Of a stretch of DNA of 64,000 nucleotides, positions 1 through 14,109 are shown piece after piece. The notes under the pieces were generated by a model. It was not told the DNA's origin and did no database searches. It saw only the letters and a list, made by a program, of their open reading frames with translations. The stretch lies in NCBI GenBank assembly GCA_051294375.1, contig CM119269.1:15873370-15937369 (forward strand), written 5' to 3'. The DNA is from Paraspadella gotoi (lineage: Eukaryota; Animalia; Chaetognatha). Made by a program: the position numbers and the translations under genes. Each line of letters starts with the position of its first letter. Positions within the stretch are counted from its first letter, which is position 1.

Positions 1-240
1 TGACGAGTGCGCGTCGACGCCCATGCAAAAAACGCGCCAGCCTGCGTTGATCGCGTTCAACGGTGAGGATATTAAAATAAATATTAAAATATTATTTATA
101 AATTTCAATAATTTACTTCGCGTAACAATTTTTACAAAATTTCGAATGTTTCCACTGTGTACTATACACAGAAAAAATGTTTTTCCTTCTAGTCGTGTGT
201 TATGACTTACTAAGTCTTTATGTCAACATATTTATCACAG

Positions 241-3200
241 GATACACATGCGCCTGTAGGCGACCCCTTTACCGGGCGCCACTGCCGAGACGCCGGAAGG
301 ACCGTGCACTTCGTCGCCGCTGCGCGAATGGCGGTCCGTGCAGGGACGATCCGCGGCGAGGCGAGATCGGCGGCGTCCGGCAGCGGCAGCGTCAGCGCCG
401 GGTTCTTCTGTCAATGCAGAGCAGGCCTTCGGCGGGCGTCGGTGCCGAGACGTTACGGATTTTTGCGTCTTTGAACCTTGCAGGTGAGGGTGGGGTATGG
501 GGTAGGGGATAGGGAAGGGCCGAAGGGGGAATTGGATTAGAAAACAAAAACCATAAACATTCAACCTTAATTGGAAAAATACTTCAAGAATTGCGTTGCG
601 TTACTTATTTCATTTTCCGTTCAGAACCAGTCTTTCTTCCATAGCCAGAAAAAATTAATCAGTTCAAAAAAAATAAAAATAAATTATCAAAAATTAATAT
701 GCATTTATTATTTTATTGCTTTAAAATTATTTAACTTATATAGCTTAACGATTTTGCGAAAAACAAATGTTTTTTCGAGAACATCTCCAAGATCTTTGTC
801 GACTTTTACCAAATTTTTTCGCTCACGAAATATCTCGCTTGGATTTCGACCAATCAAGAGTCACTTTTACGTTTCGTCGAAGATGAGGAAATATGCTCTT
901 CCTCGTCCCAAACTCTATGTTGTAACCCTTAGAATGAGGAAGGACAACAGAGGTAAAATTTAGGCAAAACGAAGTACTTTCGTTAATTATCGCTTTCAAT
1001 TTGAAACTTTTTATTCATTATTTTACGTTTATTACAAGTAGAGCCATGCTTTTGTTTTAACTGCTAAGTTAAAATTAATAAAGTTTAACGTATATTTTTA
1101 ATTCTATATGCTAATTTTAATAATTGATATTTATACCCTAACGGCGGCTCAACTTGTAAGAAATAACTTGGCTTAAGTCATCATGGAATCTTCACTGCTC
1201 GTTTCCCTCATCGCTCTCCTCGCCGTCGCCTTTGGCTGCAACACTCGGGACAGCCATAACCTACACCACTCTAGCAGCTACGGCAGGGGTGGCTACTACG
1301 AGCCTTACTTCAATTACCACTCTGGCTACCACGGTGGCTATTACGGCTACCGCCGCTGGGGCTATAGCGGCTCTTGGTCCCACCCTTTCCTCCGCTACGC
1401 GGCGCGCAACGAAGATCCCCTGTCGGCCGTGGAGAGGGCGCTGGCGTCGGCCTCGGAGCCGGAGCCACTTCACCCCGAGTCCTGGTCCGACGTCAACTGC
1501 ACCTACGCGCCGATGAACGCCACCTTGGCTTGGATCGACGCCCGTACCGACTGCGCCAAGCGCGGTGCCCAGTTGGCGGTGCTGGCAAATCGCGAGGCCG
1601 TGGCGCGAGTTCTCCTCAATATGGCCACGGATTTCGGCGTCGATTCCGCCACGGACGGGATTTGGATCGGCGCCAGCGACAACGCCAACGAAGCCAAGTG
1701 GGGTTGGGTCGATGGGAAGCTGGTCCAGTTCTCCGATTGGATGCTGTCGCGACCGGACGGCGAGAAAGAACAGAACTGCGCCGTTTTGAAGGTGAGATCT
1801 TACCGTTTTTAAATTTAACAATACGCACAATTTAAATTTTTTTTTAGGTAATTGATTAGAAATTCTTTTGACATTACTTTCAACAGCGCAACGTGGACGG
1901 TCCCGTCGGCGATGGATTCTGGGACGACGAAGACTGCGATATCAAGAAGCCTTACCTCTGTCAAAAATGTTGATCAAAGGATGTCGCCTATTTTTATCGA
2001 TTTGTTTCTACGTATCTATTTAAATTACGTATTTTGTACATTGAGGGAAATTTGAATATATACTTGTAACTGTACTCGGAAGATATTTTGTATAATTTTT
2101 TTAAAATTTTTATGTATCTTTTACCAAAATTATGTAATACAATTTTTTCCCGCTTTTTCGTCTATTTGATACTATACGACTTTCAATGAAGGATAGATCG
2201 AAGATAACTATGCGCAAGAAATACGAAACAGCGTGTGAAACATTTCGAGCCATACTTTCCCTCTCAGGGCAACAGTCAACCGAAATGCATGATTAATTTC
2301 CTCGTACCTCCCTTTTGGGCTGTATGTAAAATTTAACGAATTCGCCGAATACCAAATAATAGAAAGTAGATGTCATGCTACGTTAGGTTGGCGTTAGTGG
2401 CTTCTGACCCTGGCGCTGTTGCCCAAGGTCGGGCTTGCTTTGCCATCTTTAGGACTGGATGAGATGTTACGATTAGGATGGTGCGTTCCCCTTACGAGCC
2501 ATTGGGATAGGCTGAATAAAGTTGGTGAGGCGGTGTGGATATAAGGGAGCTGATGAAAAGATTGAGCGATTGAACATTATTTTTATGGATATAATATTAA
2601 CAAATTTTAAATATTTTTTAAATTTTTTAGCATAACAGTATAGTAAATTTAATTATTTATATAGTAATATATCCTTATAAAATCGTAAACAAAAACAATA
2701 TTTTTTGTACTAATTAATCATACTATCTTACATCAAAATAATTTTTTTGTTGAATGCTCCTCTAATGGATATTCCTTAACGATATGCAATAATGACTAAA
2801 GTACTTATTTCACANNNNNNNNNNTATCTTACATCTAAATTATTTTGTTGAATGCTCCTCTAATGGATATTCCTTCACGATATGCAATAATGACTATGAA
2901 GTACTTATTTCACAGGTTTCGATATTTGGAGAACCAAGGGTTTATAAGTCAAACTAAGAGTGATTCGCCTCTTTCACTTCTCTCCAGAAACGGAGGCACC
3001 TGTCGCGGGTTCGGTGGCCCAAACTACATCTGCGAGTGTCTGGCGGGATTTTTGGGCAGAAACTGCGAAGTTTCGTTGGTGGATCCCTGCTTGCCCAATC
3101 CCTGCCTCAATGAGGGAACGTGTGTCAACACGCCAGGTGCAAATGCCACATTGATTTTTTTTTCACCTCGTTATGGGTTTTTTTGGATATGTTAGTCCAG

Positions 3201-5069
3201 TGTCAACCCCTTATTATATTCTCTGTCACCCTTGTCATCCCTTTCCGTCATCATCGACCCGCCTCCTCAGGCGGCGACTTCGAGTGCAAATGTCCGCCCC
3301 TTTGGATCGGACGCCACTGCGACGTTTCTGCCGTGGACACGCCCCCTCGCGACCCCTGCGTGCCCAACCCTTGCGGCGACAACGGCGTCTGTAGGGAGAT
3401 CCGGGACGGAGATTTCGAGTGCGTCTGTCTCCACGGGTTCATGGGTCCGAGGTGTCGAGAGGTCGCCGACGCGTGCTCGTCCAATCCTTGCGTCAATGAA
3501 GGGACTTGCGCCTTGAATGGTTAGCGGGAGACGGAGAGGTGGAAATCAGAGGAAGGGAAAGAAAGCTAAAGTTTATTAGTATAATAAATACTATTGTATA
3601 TTTACAATGGATGGGTCGTTTTACTAATTCCGTGACATACTTGAACCACTCTTTCGTTTCCTCTCATTGACTGAGGCTGAAGACATTCTCCTAAAATTGT
3701 CATAATACTAATAATTAATAATTAATAATTAATAATTAAAGCAAACTAATACTTTCCTTCAGACGACGGGACGTTCCATTGCTTCTGTCCACCTCCGTTC
3801 GGCGGGCGCCTCTGCCAAGAAACCATCGATCCCTGTTGGCCGAATCCCTGCCGCAACCAGGGCGCCTGCGCTCCGGACATGAGCGGCGTCAGCGGCGCCA
3901 GTCGATTCATTTGCACCTGTTTGCCGGGATACGCCGGCGCCATCTGTGAAACGCCCGTCTCAAGGTGCAGCCCCGTCAATCCCTGCCAAAACGGCGGCAT
4001 CTGCGAGGAACGAGCGGGGGGGAAATTCAAATGCACTTGCTCCGTTGGATTTCATGGTGATTTTGTGAATCGGCTTTTTTGAATTTAGCTCAAATACTGC
4101 ATGTTTTTCCTTTTCTTGGGTTAATATAACTGTTTAATTAATTTAATGATTCACAGGACCGACATGCGGCATTCAACCGTCACCCTGCATTCCTAGTCCA
4201 TGCTTGAATAACGGAGTTTGCATAACAAGAGGTCAAACTTATTCCAAAAAAAAAAATTGCAAACCGCAAATCTTCCATGCATTCAATTTCAGGCAGCGTC
4301 GATTACGAGTGCGAATGCGCGACGGATTTCTCGGGTCCTCATTGCGAAAATGCGTCACCCTCTCCCGCATGCTCGCTCCGGCCCTGCCTCAACTCTGGGC
4401 TATGTATTCCATTGCCGTTTAACACCTTCAAGTGTAAATGCCCTCCTTCTTTTACCGGTTCGTTTAGTGGATTTAACGTTGCCTAATTTTCTATCAATAA
4501 CCTATTTACACAAATAAACAGGAAAAACTTGTGGTCAAAACATCGGATGTGCAGCCGGAAACAAATGCACGAATGGCGCCACCTGCATAGACGACAACCT
4601 CAATGGAGGCTACACCTGTCAATGTACCCCAAACTTCGAAGTATGAGAAAGTTGTTTTAAATATGTATGAAAAAAGAAACCCTACTTCCTCAGTTCCTCT
4701 AATCAATAATGAAAAGAGTAATTTAAACCTTTTTTTTTTATAATATCACTGCCATGAAATTGGTACAACCTATATAAATTGTTAACTAATTATGCTATCT
4801 TGACCCTGATTTTGCCAACTGGACAGGCCATTTGATAAATAGTTTCATCGCCTGTTCAGGGCATCTATTGCGAAATCCCGAAGCAGGCGAGCTTCTCCTG
4901 CCTTCTTCGTCGTGATGGTCTTTATTCCAAACCGGCCGACCCTTGCACGCCTGTCTACTACGTCTGCTCAATGGGCAAGCTGTTCCGCATGGCCTGTCCT
5001 CAAGATACCGTTTTCAATCCGTTCAGCTCGGTTTGCGACTGGCCACACAGAATGAATTGCGGACAATGA
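241..5069 (+). CDS. EGF-repeat protein (at least 11 EGF domains) with a C-terminal chitin-binding type-2 (CBM14/peritrophin-A) domain; 5' part lies outside the window
   Basis: Exons 241-483 (with indels), 2988-3136, 3271-3519, 3763-4056, 4157-4231, 4293-4457, 4522-4640 and 4860-5069 are joined by phase-compatible GT-AG introns. Repeated PC..NPC.N.G.C..CxC..G..C units. The last exon gives CLLRRDGLYSKPADPCTPVYYVCSMGKLFRMACPQDTVFNPFSSVCDWPHRMNCGQ*, a 6-Cys CBM14 pattern. Confidence 0.85.
1183..1973 (+). CDS. Secreted C-type lectin domain protein (about 231 aa) with a His/Gly/Tyr-rich N-terminus
   Basis: Exons 1183-1791 and 1887-1973 (GT-AG, phase 0). Hydrophobic signal peptide; W..A...C, WIG and W.W.DG motifs; RPD...QNC; WDDEDC...YLC. 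Confidence 0.9.
2398..2543 (-). mobile_element. Diverged partial copy of solo-LTR-like family B, inverted relative to the 18794 and 30835 copies
   Basis: Blocks ggcttctgaccct, gctttgcca, ttaggac, ggatggtgcgttcccc and gtgaggcggtgtggatat match, in order, the reverse complement of the 18794 and 30835 copies. Confidence 0.6.
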
Positions 5070-5854
5070 GAAGACAAATCGCTCGTAGTTTAATATTAGC
5101 AATCTGTAGTTGATAGATGCAAATGCATGAGTCTACGTCGTTTTAGATTATAGTCTCAGCTTCGGAATATTTCACTCTTTTTTATTTCTCTAAATTAAAA
5201 ATTTTGTAATTGAAAGAATATAAATATTTAGTTTTGATCAAATACTATATATTAATAAAATTCATAGGCAAGGGTTCGATAATCATAGCATAGGTAATCA
5301 GATAGACTGTAAGAGGTTTCAAAACAGCATTTTATATGCGGATTATCTTTCCCAATCGTTCAGACTTCAGTATATTATTGATATTCAAAACTCCGACCTT
5401 ATCTTTCAATCCCTTCGCTTCGCCTTCGGATCCCGATTGTCAAGAAAAAGAAAGAAAAAGAAAGAAGCAACAGTAAAAACTAAAAACCGGACAAATTACT
5501 ACTTGACTGCCATTCGTATTCAAAGGAATTAAAATACAAATCAATCAACCAGCGAATATTTCGAACGTTTTCCTTTCATGATAATAATAATCATGACGGG
5601 GAAATAAAAACGATCGTCACAGCAACTGATACAAAATTTTGATTTCCCGATTATCGTCGAATTGATAAAAATAGACACTCGATCATGTCGCGCGATATTC
5701 CTTATCATTGGATTGGAAAGATTGTTTGCATAGATATTCCCTCGACTTAACTAAATCAAAAAACCTCGTAATAATGAGAGTCGTTTTTTGGTTTGCCTAA
5801 AAAAAAGAAATAAGAGGAACCCTTCCGAGAACAATTTTTTTTTCCCCTGACAAA

Positions 5855-7159
5855 ATGGCATCGTCAACCGAAACGGCTAAGATTTCGACTGATACGGGAA
5901 CGCCCACCGTCACGCCAACGCCGACGGAGCCACCGTCTCAAGGAACGGTCGTCCTGGTTACGGTTTTGTTTTTTGTATTCATTTTTCTCTTCGTCTTCGT
6001 TTGTCTCGTCATAATTAAAGTGAGATTTAAAACATTAGGTCTTTTTAATTATACTAATGCTACAGAACAGGAGAGCAATTATTCAATTAAGGATGAATAT
6101 TAGATTATGTTAATGATTATTGTTCATTGATCAACTCTATCAGCGCCGACGCAATCAAAATCTTCGTCGTCAATACGTTTCGGCGGCGAGGAAGTCTACG
6201 GGAGAATCCACTTTAGAGGCAGAGGAAGGTAAGTTCGGGTGAGAAGAGAGGTTTGCCTTTAAAACGACAGTTTCAAGTTTGTAGAATTAGTTTTACTAGT
6301 AAGTTTACACCGATGCTTTTGGTGAGTGAGGCTGAGAAAGTTCTGAAATTTAATTCGAAGCAATTATAATCTGTTAACAGAAGGCTATCAAAATGCTGAA
6401 TCACTCGCTAGTTTTAGAGCTTCGGAATCAAATCACATTGGACATCCCACTAACAATCATTCGAAAGATTTAAAGATTTCACGCGTATAAATGTAAGACA
6501 CCAGATTGACTGATTGATCGATTGATCATCGCCGTATTGATTATCGAAACAATTGACGGAGTCAGACAGTTTCCGCGACGCCCAACGAACTCCGTTGTAG
6601 ACGTTCCCCTCCTCTCTGCCGACGTAGACGACGCGCCCTCTAGACGCGGCGGCGACGACGACGACGGACGTAATGGTGGACGGGATTTCGCACGTCTTCG
6701 GTCCCCAGGCGAGAGGTGAGGTTGCGGCAAGGGGCCAATGTGAAAACAAAAGATCTGGTCCGTTTGCAATTTTCAAAACTTTTCTAAAACCTCCCGCAAA
6801 AATATTAAGAATATGTTAAACAAAATTTCTTGATTTATAATTAATAAGTTTTATTTGGCAATTATCCTTTTCTCACAAAAACCTAAGAAATGTAACGAAA
6901 ATATTATAAAGGAGTTTCAATTTGCATTTATATTTGGTAATTAGTTCATTCGTGCATCTGGAATATGTCTCGTCCTCACCCTCGTCCACAGCCCCTCCCC
7001 CCGTCACCGCCTCATCGGGAGATCGTCTCTGGCAATCCGTCGGACGCCTCTTCGGATCCCAAGTTCCGCGCGGCGCCGCCAGAGTCTCAACGAACGCCAA
7101 CCAAGCGACGCCCAGCGAAGGCGCCGCCTCGAGCGGCGCCCCCGTCGTTCTCAACGGGA
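5855..7159 (+). CDS. Single-pass membrane protein of unknown function, truncated by an N gap
   Basis: ATG at 5855; Thr/Pro-rich N-terminus, then hydrophobic VVLVTVLFFVFIFLFVFVCLVII followed by a GT donor. Further GC-rich exon-like blocks at about 6144-6228, 6566-6715 and 6992-7159. Exon phasing is only partly resolved. Confidence 0.55.
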
Positions 7160-9730
7160 NNNNNNNNNNNNNNNNNNNNNNNNNATAAAGATTCAAAAGT
7201 TAGATAAAGGTTAATATTACAAATTTTTACAAATTTAATGATAAATGGGTTAAAATTTAAAAAACCTTAAAAAATTATTATCATAGTTATCATTCAATAA
7301 ATTTAATAGTTTTATTAACAATATTTATAGTGGTATTCTGTTAATTTTTAATCTGTTACGCTTAGTACATGGCTTATCCGATAAATTCAGCGTTTTTAAA
7401 TCATTGTTATGGTCCTAATTTTCTTTTCCATAAAGAAACGGATTTTTTGTTTTTTGTTTTTTTTTTCTTTTCATTTTCCCATAAGCCTCCTAAGTGTATA
7501 CTAATAGTAAACTACTAGTATACTAATCCAGGATCGCCGTACAATGCTTTTAGTAACGGTAACAATCTTTTCTAATTGGGATCGCTTTACCTACTTTGAA
7601 AAAATTGAATTGAATTGCTGGTTCATATATTTTTTAATGATTTGAAATTCTTTTCTCATTTGAAGTTCAGATTTTTTATTTAAGCAACATTTGAAAAATA
7701 ATTTTTGTGCTCTTCAAAAAATAAGTTTTGTGCTCTTCAAAATCCTTCAATGACGTGTGCACTGTGCAGCCTGCTGAAGAACACTGTTACAGGTATGTTT
7801 TCATTATAAGCAATTTAATACATTGAAAATATATAACAAAATACTGCTATTTTAAGATACTTCATTTGTTTAATTTTAGAATTAAGTTTGAATTCGTCTA
7901 GGTTATAATTAATACTGATAATTTTTTTGCTACTGTTTAAATATTATTTTTAATAAAATAAAGGCTTGATGATCGACAATGAAGGGAAGCTTTGCATTTA
8001 CGGGCATCCAGCGGCACTTAGGACGAGGGCAGGAACAAAGGCGGTCAGCGAGTCTTCAAATACTTCAGGATTAACTTTTTCAATCTGTTAAAGATTTTAA
8101 ATCGCCGTAAATATTTTAAAAAGTGATTTTGATGTTACTTTTTATTTATCAGAATCAATAGGCAGTCCTGTTAGCTGAACGTAATCATCGTGGTTGCAGT
8201 TTCAGATTGCCTTTTTTTACATATTATTTTCCCCTTTGTAAGTTTATAATAATATTTTATTAATGTTGTATTAATCACTGATTTTGCGCACTCTCTCTCT
8301 CTCTTTCTTCTCCTTTGACTTACTTTGTTTATTTAATCCAGAAGATGATCTGTTAAATGGATCAAAATAATTGTCTTAATACATGTAATCTCATATGTTA
8401 ACTTTTATTTGATAATAATTATTGTTGAAAAATGAAACAATTGGTGTTTAAATTTTAATATAACTTAAATACAAATAATGTCTTTTATTTTAAATAAAAC
8501 TAGTACATTTGTACGAGTAACATTCATAGGAATCTGCTTACCATGTCAATCAATTGTCCACAGTATGTTAACATTTATTAGTCGATGGAAAGAGTATGGT
8601 CATCAGTGTATTATTTTTAAAAATTTTTTATCCGTCTTGTTCTCTTGGAAACCGCATAATCTGTACTTAAAATCATTCACGTTCTTAAAACAAACCTGCT
8701 TTAAAACCCTGTAACAAGGAACTAAGTCCCTGGCTTAATTTGATTAATTATATATTAATTACTTAAAAAGTAAATAATTTTGATTGCGTATTTTGTTTTT
8801 ATTTATGATAAGATTTGACCTTTTGCCTTAAAAATTATAATAAAAATAAATATTAAGCAATAAAAGTGATAAATGAACAATAATAAAGTTGTAGAAATAT
8901 TTATTTTTAGCAATTACTCATGATTGTATGGGGCGATTGACTTGAAATTTTTATGTGGGTAGAAAAGTGTGTGATTTAGCAGGAAATCAAAGTTTCGATA
9001 GAATCGTCCAAGTGGATATTAATTAAAATAGAAAAAACGAGTTACATTTACGCCAAAATGTCTTATTTTTATTTATAATTAGATGGATGGAATAGAATGA
9101 TTGAGCCAGAAATCAAGTTTAAATGGAATCGTCCAAGTAGAAATGAGTTAAAATGGAAAAAACAAAAAAATCTTTTTCACTATTTTTTTAAGCTGCATTA
9201 ATTATTTATTAATAAATTGGTAATTAATGAATTATTAATTAATTTTGTGATCGAGATTGCTTTGTGATTAAGAGGGCGAGACAAAGTGGAAAACAATTTT
9301 GATGGGGAAAAAAAAAATTAAATATTAATTTATTAATTATCTGATCAGCTGCTTATCGCTAATGATCATGGGCAGATCCGGCATTCTTTGCTCAAACTTG
9401 TTACAAATGTTCATGAGCTTTTTCCCCGATTCGTCGAGCTTCGATTTTCTAAACACGATTTCTTTATTGAGTCTTGGGCCCGGAATCGAGCATTCTTCTC
9501 GTACCGTGCTCGTAGTACAAATCCTTATGGAACCAAAATCGAAATCCTTAACATAGGGCGACTTGATTACGCGAGGAAGCGATTTTTGGGTGACGTTTTG
9601 GGCTACAACTTTGAATGCCTGGACCGATTTTGCTGATTTTTTGCATGAAGCGCTCGAAAAGAATTCCCTATCGTTCGGTACCAAATTTGTACGAAAAATA
9701 TTTTAAATACAAATCTTGTATCCCTCGCTA

Positions 9731-12700
9731 CTAAAGTACTTATTTCACATGATTCGATATTTGGAGAACCAAGGGTTTAAGTCAGACTACCAGTGATTCG
9801 CCTCTTTCACTTCTCTCCAGAAACGGAGGCACCTGTCGCGGGTTCGGTGGACCAAACTACATCTGCGAGTGTCTGGCGGGATTTTTGGGCAGAAACTGCG
9901 AAGTTTCGTTGGTGATCCCTGCTTGCCCAATCCCTGCCTCAATGAGGGAACGTGTGTCAACACGCCAGGTGCAAATGCCACATTGATTTTTTTTTTCACC
10001 TCGTTATGGGTTTTTTTTGGATATGTTAGTCCTGTGCCACCCCTTATTGTATTCTCTGTCAACTTCTTGTCATCCCTTTCCGTCATCGACGCCGCCTCCT
10101 CAGGCGGCGACTTCGAGTGCAAATGTCCGCCCTTTTGGATCGGACGCCACTGCGGACGTTTCTCGCCGTGGAAACGCTCGCCCTCGCGACCCCTGCGTGC
10201 CCAAGCCCTTGCGGCGACAACGGGTCTGTAGGGAGATCCGGGACGGAGATTTCGAGTGCGTCTGTCTCCAACGGGTTCAAGGGTCCGAGGTGTCGAGAGG
10301 TCGCCGACGCGTGCTCGTCCAATCCTTGCGTCAATGAAGGGAACTTGCGCTTGAATGGTTTAGGCGGGAGACGGAGAGGTGGAAATCAGAGGAAGGGAAA
10401 GAAAGCTAAAGTTTATTAGTATAATAATACTATTGTAATATTTACAATGGATGGGTCGTTTTACTAATTCCGTGACATACTTGAAACCACTCTTTACGTT
10501 TCCTCTCATTGACTGAGGCTGAAGACATTCTCCTAAAATTGTCATAATACTAATAATTAAAGAACTAATACTGAACATATAACTATTAAACTACTACCTT
10601 CGTCCTAATAGCTAAGACTCTAAATTCATACTAATTTAATAATCACTAATAAGCACTATCAGACGAACGGGACGTTCCATTGCTTCTGTCCACGCTCGTT
10701 CGGCGGGCGCCTCTGCAAAGAAACCATCGATCCCTGTTGGCCGATCCCTGCGCGCAACAGGGCGCCTGCGCTCCGGACATGAGCGGCGTCAGCGGCGCCA
10801 AGTCGATTCATTTGCACCTGTTTGCCCGGGATACGCCGGCGCCATCTGTGAAACGCCCGTCTCAAGGTGGCAGCCCCGTCAATCCCTGCCAAAACGGCGG
10901 CATCTGCGAGGAACGAGCGGGGGGGAATTCAAATGCATCTTGCTCCGTTGGATTTCATGGTGATTTTGTGAATCGGCTTTTTTGAATTTAGCTCAAATAC
11001 TGCATGTTTTTCCTTTTCTTGGGTTAAATATAACAGTTTAATTAATTTAATGATTCACAGGACCGACATGCGGCATTCAACCGTCACCCTGCATTCCTAG
11101 TCCATGCTTGAATAACGAGTTTGCATAACAGAGGTCAAACTTATTCCAATCTATTTATTCATTCTGCCCCTCCCCCAAAAAAAATTGCAAACCGGCAAAT
11201 CTTCCATGCTTCAATTTCAGGCAGCGTCGATTTACGAGTGCGAATGCGGCGACGGATTTCTCGGGTCCTCATTGCGAAAATGCGTCACCCTCTCCCGCAT
11301 GCTCGCTCCGGCCCTGCCTCAACTCTGGGCTATGTATTCCATTGCCGTTTAACACCTTCAAGTGTAAATGCCCCTCCTTCTTTTAACCGGTTCGTTTAGT
11401 GGATTTAACGTTGCCTAATTTTCTATCAATAACCTATTTACACAAATAACAGGAAAAACTTGTGGTCAAAACATCGGATGTGCAGCCGAAACAAATGCAC
11501 GAATGGCGCCAACCTGCATAGACGACAACCCAATGGAGGCTACACCTGTCAATGTTACCCAAACTTGAAGTATGAGAAAGTTGTTTTTAATATTAATGAA
11601 AAAAGAAACCCTACTTCCTCAGATCCTCTAATCAATAATGAAAAGAGTAATTTAAACCTTTTTTTTTTTATAATATCACTGCCATGAAATTGGTACAACC
11701 TATATAAATTGTTAACTAATTATGCTATCTTGACCCTGATTTTTGCCAACTGGACAGGCCATTTGAATAAATAGTTTCATCGGCCTGTTCAGGGCATCTA
11801 TTGCGAAATCCCGAAGCAGGCGAGCTTCTCCTGCCTTCTTCGTCGTGATTGGTCTTTATTCCAAACCGGCCGACGCCTTGCACGCCTGTCTACTACGTCT
11901 GCTCTAATGGGCAAGCTGTTACCGCATGGCCTGTCCTCAAGATACCGTTTTCAATCCGTTCAGCTCGGTTGCGACTGGCCACACAGAATGAATTGCGGAG
12001 CAATGAGAAGACAAATCGCTCGTAGTTTAATATTAGCATCTGTAGTTGATAGATGCAAATGCATGAGTCTACGTCGTTTTAGATTATAGTCTCAGCATTC
12101 GAATATTTCACTCTTTTTTATTTCTTAATTAAAAATTTTGTAATTGAAAGAATATAAATATTTAGTTTTGATCAATACTATATATTAATAAAATTCATAG
12201 ACAAGGGTTCGATAATCATAGCCATAGGTAATCAGATAGACTGTAAGAGGTTTCAAAAGCAGCATTTTATATGCGGATTATCTTCCCAATCGTCAGACTT
12301 CAGTATATTATTGATATTTCAAAACTCCGACCTTATCTTTCAATCCCTTCGCTTCGCTTCGGATGCCCGATTGTCAAGAAAAAGAAAGAAAAAGAAAGAA
12401 GCAACAGTAAAAACTAAAAACGCGGACAAATTACACTTGACTGCCATTCGTATTCAAGGAATTAAAATACAAATCAATCAACCAGCGAATATTTCGAACG
12501 TTTTCCTTTCATGATAATAATAATCATGACGGGGAAATAAAAACGATCGTCAACAGCAACTGATACAAAATTTTGATTTCCCGATTATCGTCGAATTGAT
12601 AAAAAATAGACACTCGATCATGTCGCGCGATATTCTTATCATTGGATTGGAAAGATTGTTTGCATAGATATTCCCTCGCACTTAACTAAATCAAAAAACC

Positions 12701-14109
12701 TCGTAATAATGAGAGTCGTTTTTTTGGTTTGCCTAAAAAAAAGAAATAAGAGGAACCTTCGAGAACAATTTTTTTTCCCTGACAAAATGGCATCGTCAAC
12801 CGAAACGGCTAAGATTTCGGACTGATACGGAACGCCCATCCGTCACGCCAACGCCGAACGGAGCCACCGTCTCAAGGAACGGTCGTCCTGGTTACGGTTT
12901 TGTTTTTTGTATTCATTTTTCTCTTCGTCTTCGATTGTCTCGTCATAATTAAAGTGAGATTTAAAACATTAGGTCTTTTTTAATTATACTAATGCTACAG
13001 AACAGGAGAGCAATTATTCAATTAAGGATGAATATTAGATTATGTTAATGATTATTGTTCATTGATCAACTCTATCAGCGCCGACGCAATCAAAATCTTC
13101 GTCGTCAATACGTTTCGGCGGCGAGGAAGTCTACGGGAGAATCCACTTTAGAGGCAGAGGAAGGTAAGTTCGGGTGAGAAGAGAGGTTTGCCTTTAAAAC
13201 GACAGTTTCAAGTTTGTAGAATTAGTTTTACTAGTAAGTTTACACCGATGCTTTTGGTGAGTGAGGCTGAGAAAGTTCTGAAATTTAATTCGAAGCAATT
13301 ATAATCTGTTAACAGAAGGCTATCAAAATGCTGAATCACTCGCTAGTTTTAGAGCTTCGGAATCAAATCACATTGGACATCCCACTAACAATCATTCGAA
13401 AGATTTAAAGATTTCACGCGTATAAATGTACGACACCAGATTGACTGATTGATCGATTGATCATCGCCGTATTGATTATCGAAACAATTGACGGAGTCAG
13501 ACAGTTTCCGCGACGCCCAACGAACTCCGTTGTAGACGTTCCCCTCCTCTCTGCCGACGTAGACGACGCGCCCTCTAGACGCGGCGGCGACGACGACGAC
13601 GGACGTAATGGTGGACGGGATTTCGCACGTCTTCGGTCCCCAGGCGAGAGGTGAGGTTGCGGCAAGGGGCCAATGTGAAAACAAAAGATCTGGTCCGTTT
13701 GCAATTTTCAAAACTTTTCTAAAACCTCTCCGCAAAAATATTAAGAATATGTTAAACAAAATTTGCTTGATTTATAATTAATAAGTTTTATTTGGCAATT
13801 ATCCTTTTCTCACAAAAACCTAAGAAATGTAACGAAAATATTATAAAGGAGTTTCAATTTGCATTTATATTTGGTCGGGTTGTATATGGTAATTAGTTCA
13901 TTCGTGCATCTGGAATATGTCTCGTCTCACCCTCGTCCACAGCCCTCCCCCCGTCACCGCCTCATCGGGAGATCGTCTCTGGCAATCCGTCGGACGCCTC
14001 TTCGGATCCCAAGTTCCGCGCGGCGCCGCCAGAGTCTCAACGAACGCCAACCAAGCGACGCCCAGCGAAGGCGCCGCCTCGAGCGGCGCCCCCGTCGTTC
14101 TCAACGGGA
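9731..14109 (+). repeat. Near-identical direct copy of about 2897-7159 with many 1-bp indels (probable haplotype or long-read artefact)
   Basis: Colinear across exons and introns. The first copy is bounded by N gaps at about 2815 and 7160. Confidence 0.85.
9821..12006 (+). pseudogene. Frameshifted copy of the EGF/CBM14 exons (likely sequencing error, not true decay)
   Basis: Same exons as 2988-5069, with scattered single-base indels. Confidence 0.6.

Noticed and set aside
241-483. Programmed frameshifting or pseudogenisation in the first EGF exon and in eEF2 at 32190-33030
   Set aside because: The indel pattern matches uncorrected read error, and the rest of eEF2 is strongly conserved.
9337-9684. 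115-aa minus-strand ORF
   Set aside because: No recognisable motif, and it overlaps the end of a Helentron-type repeat.
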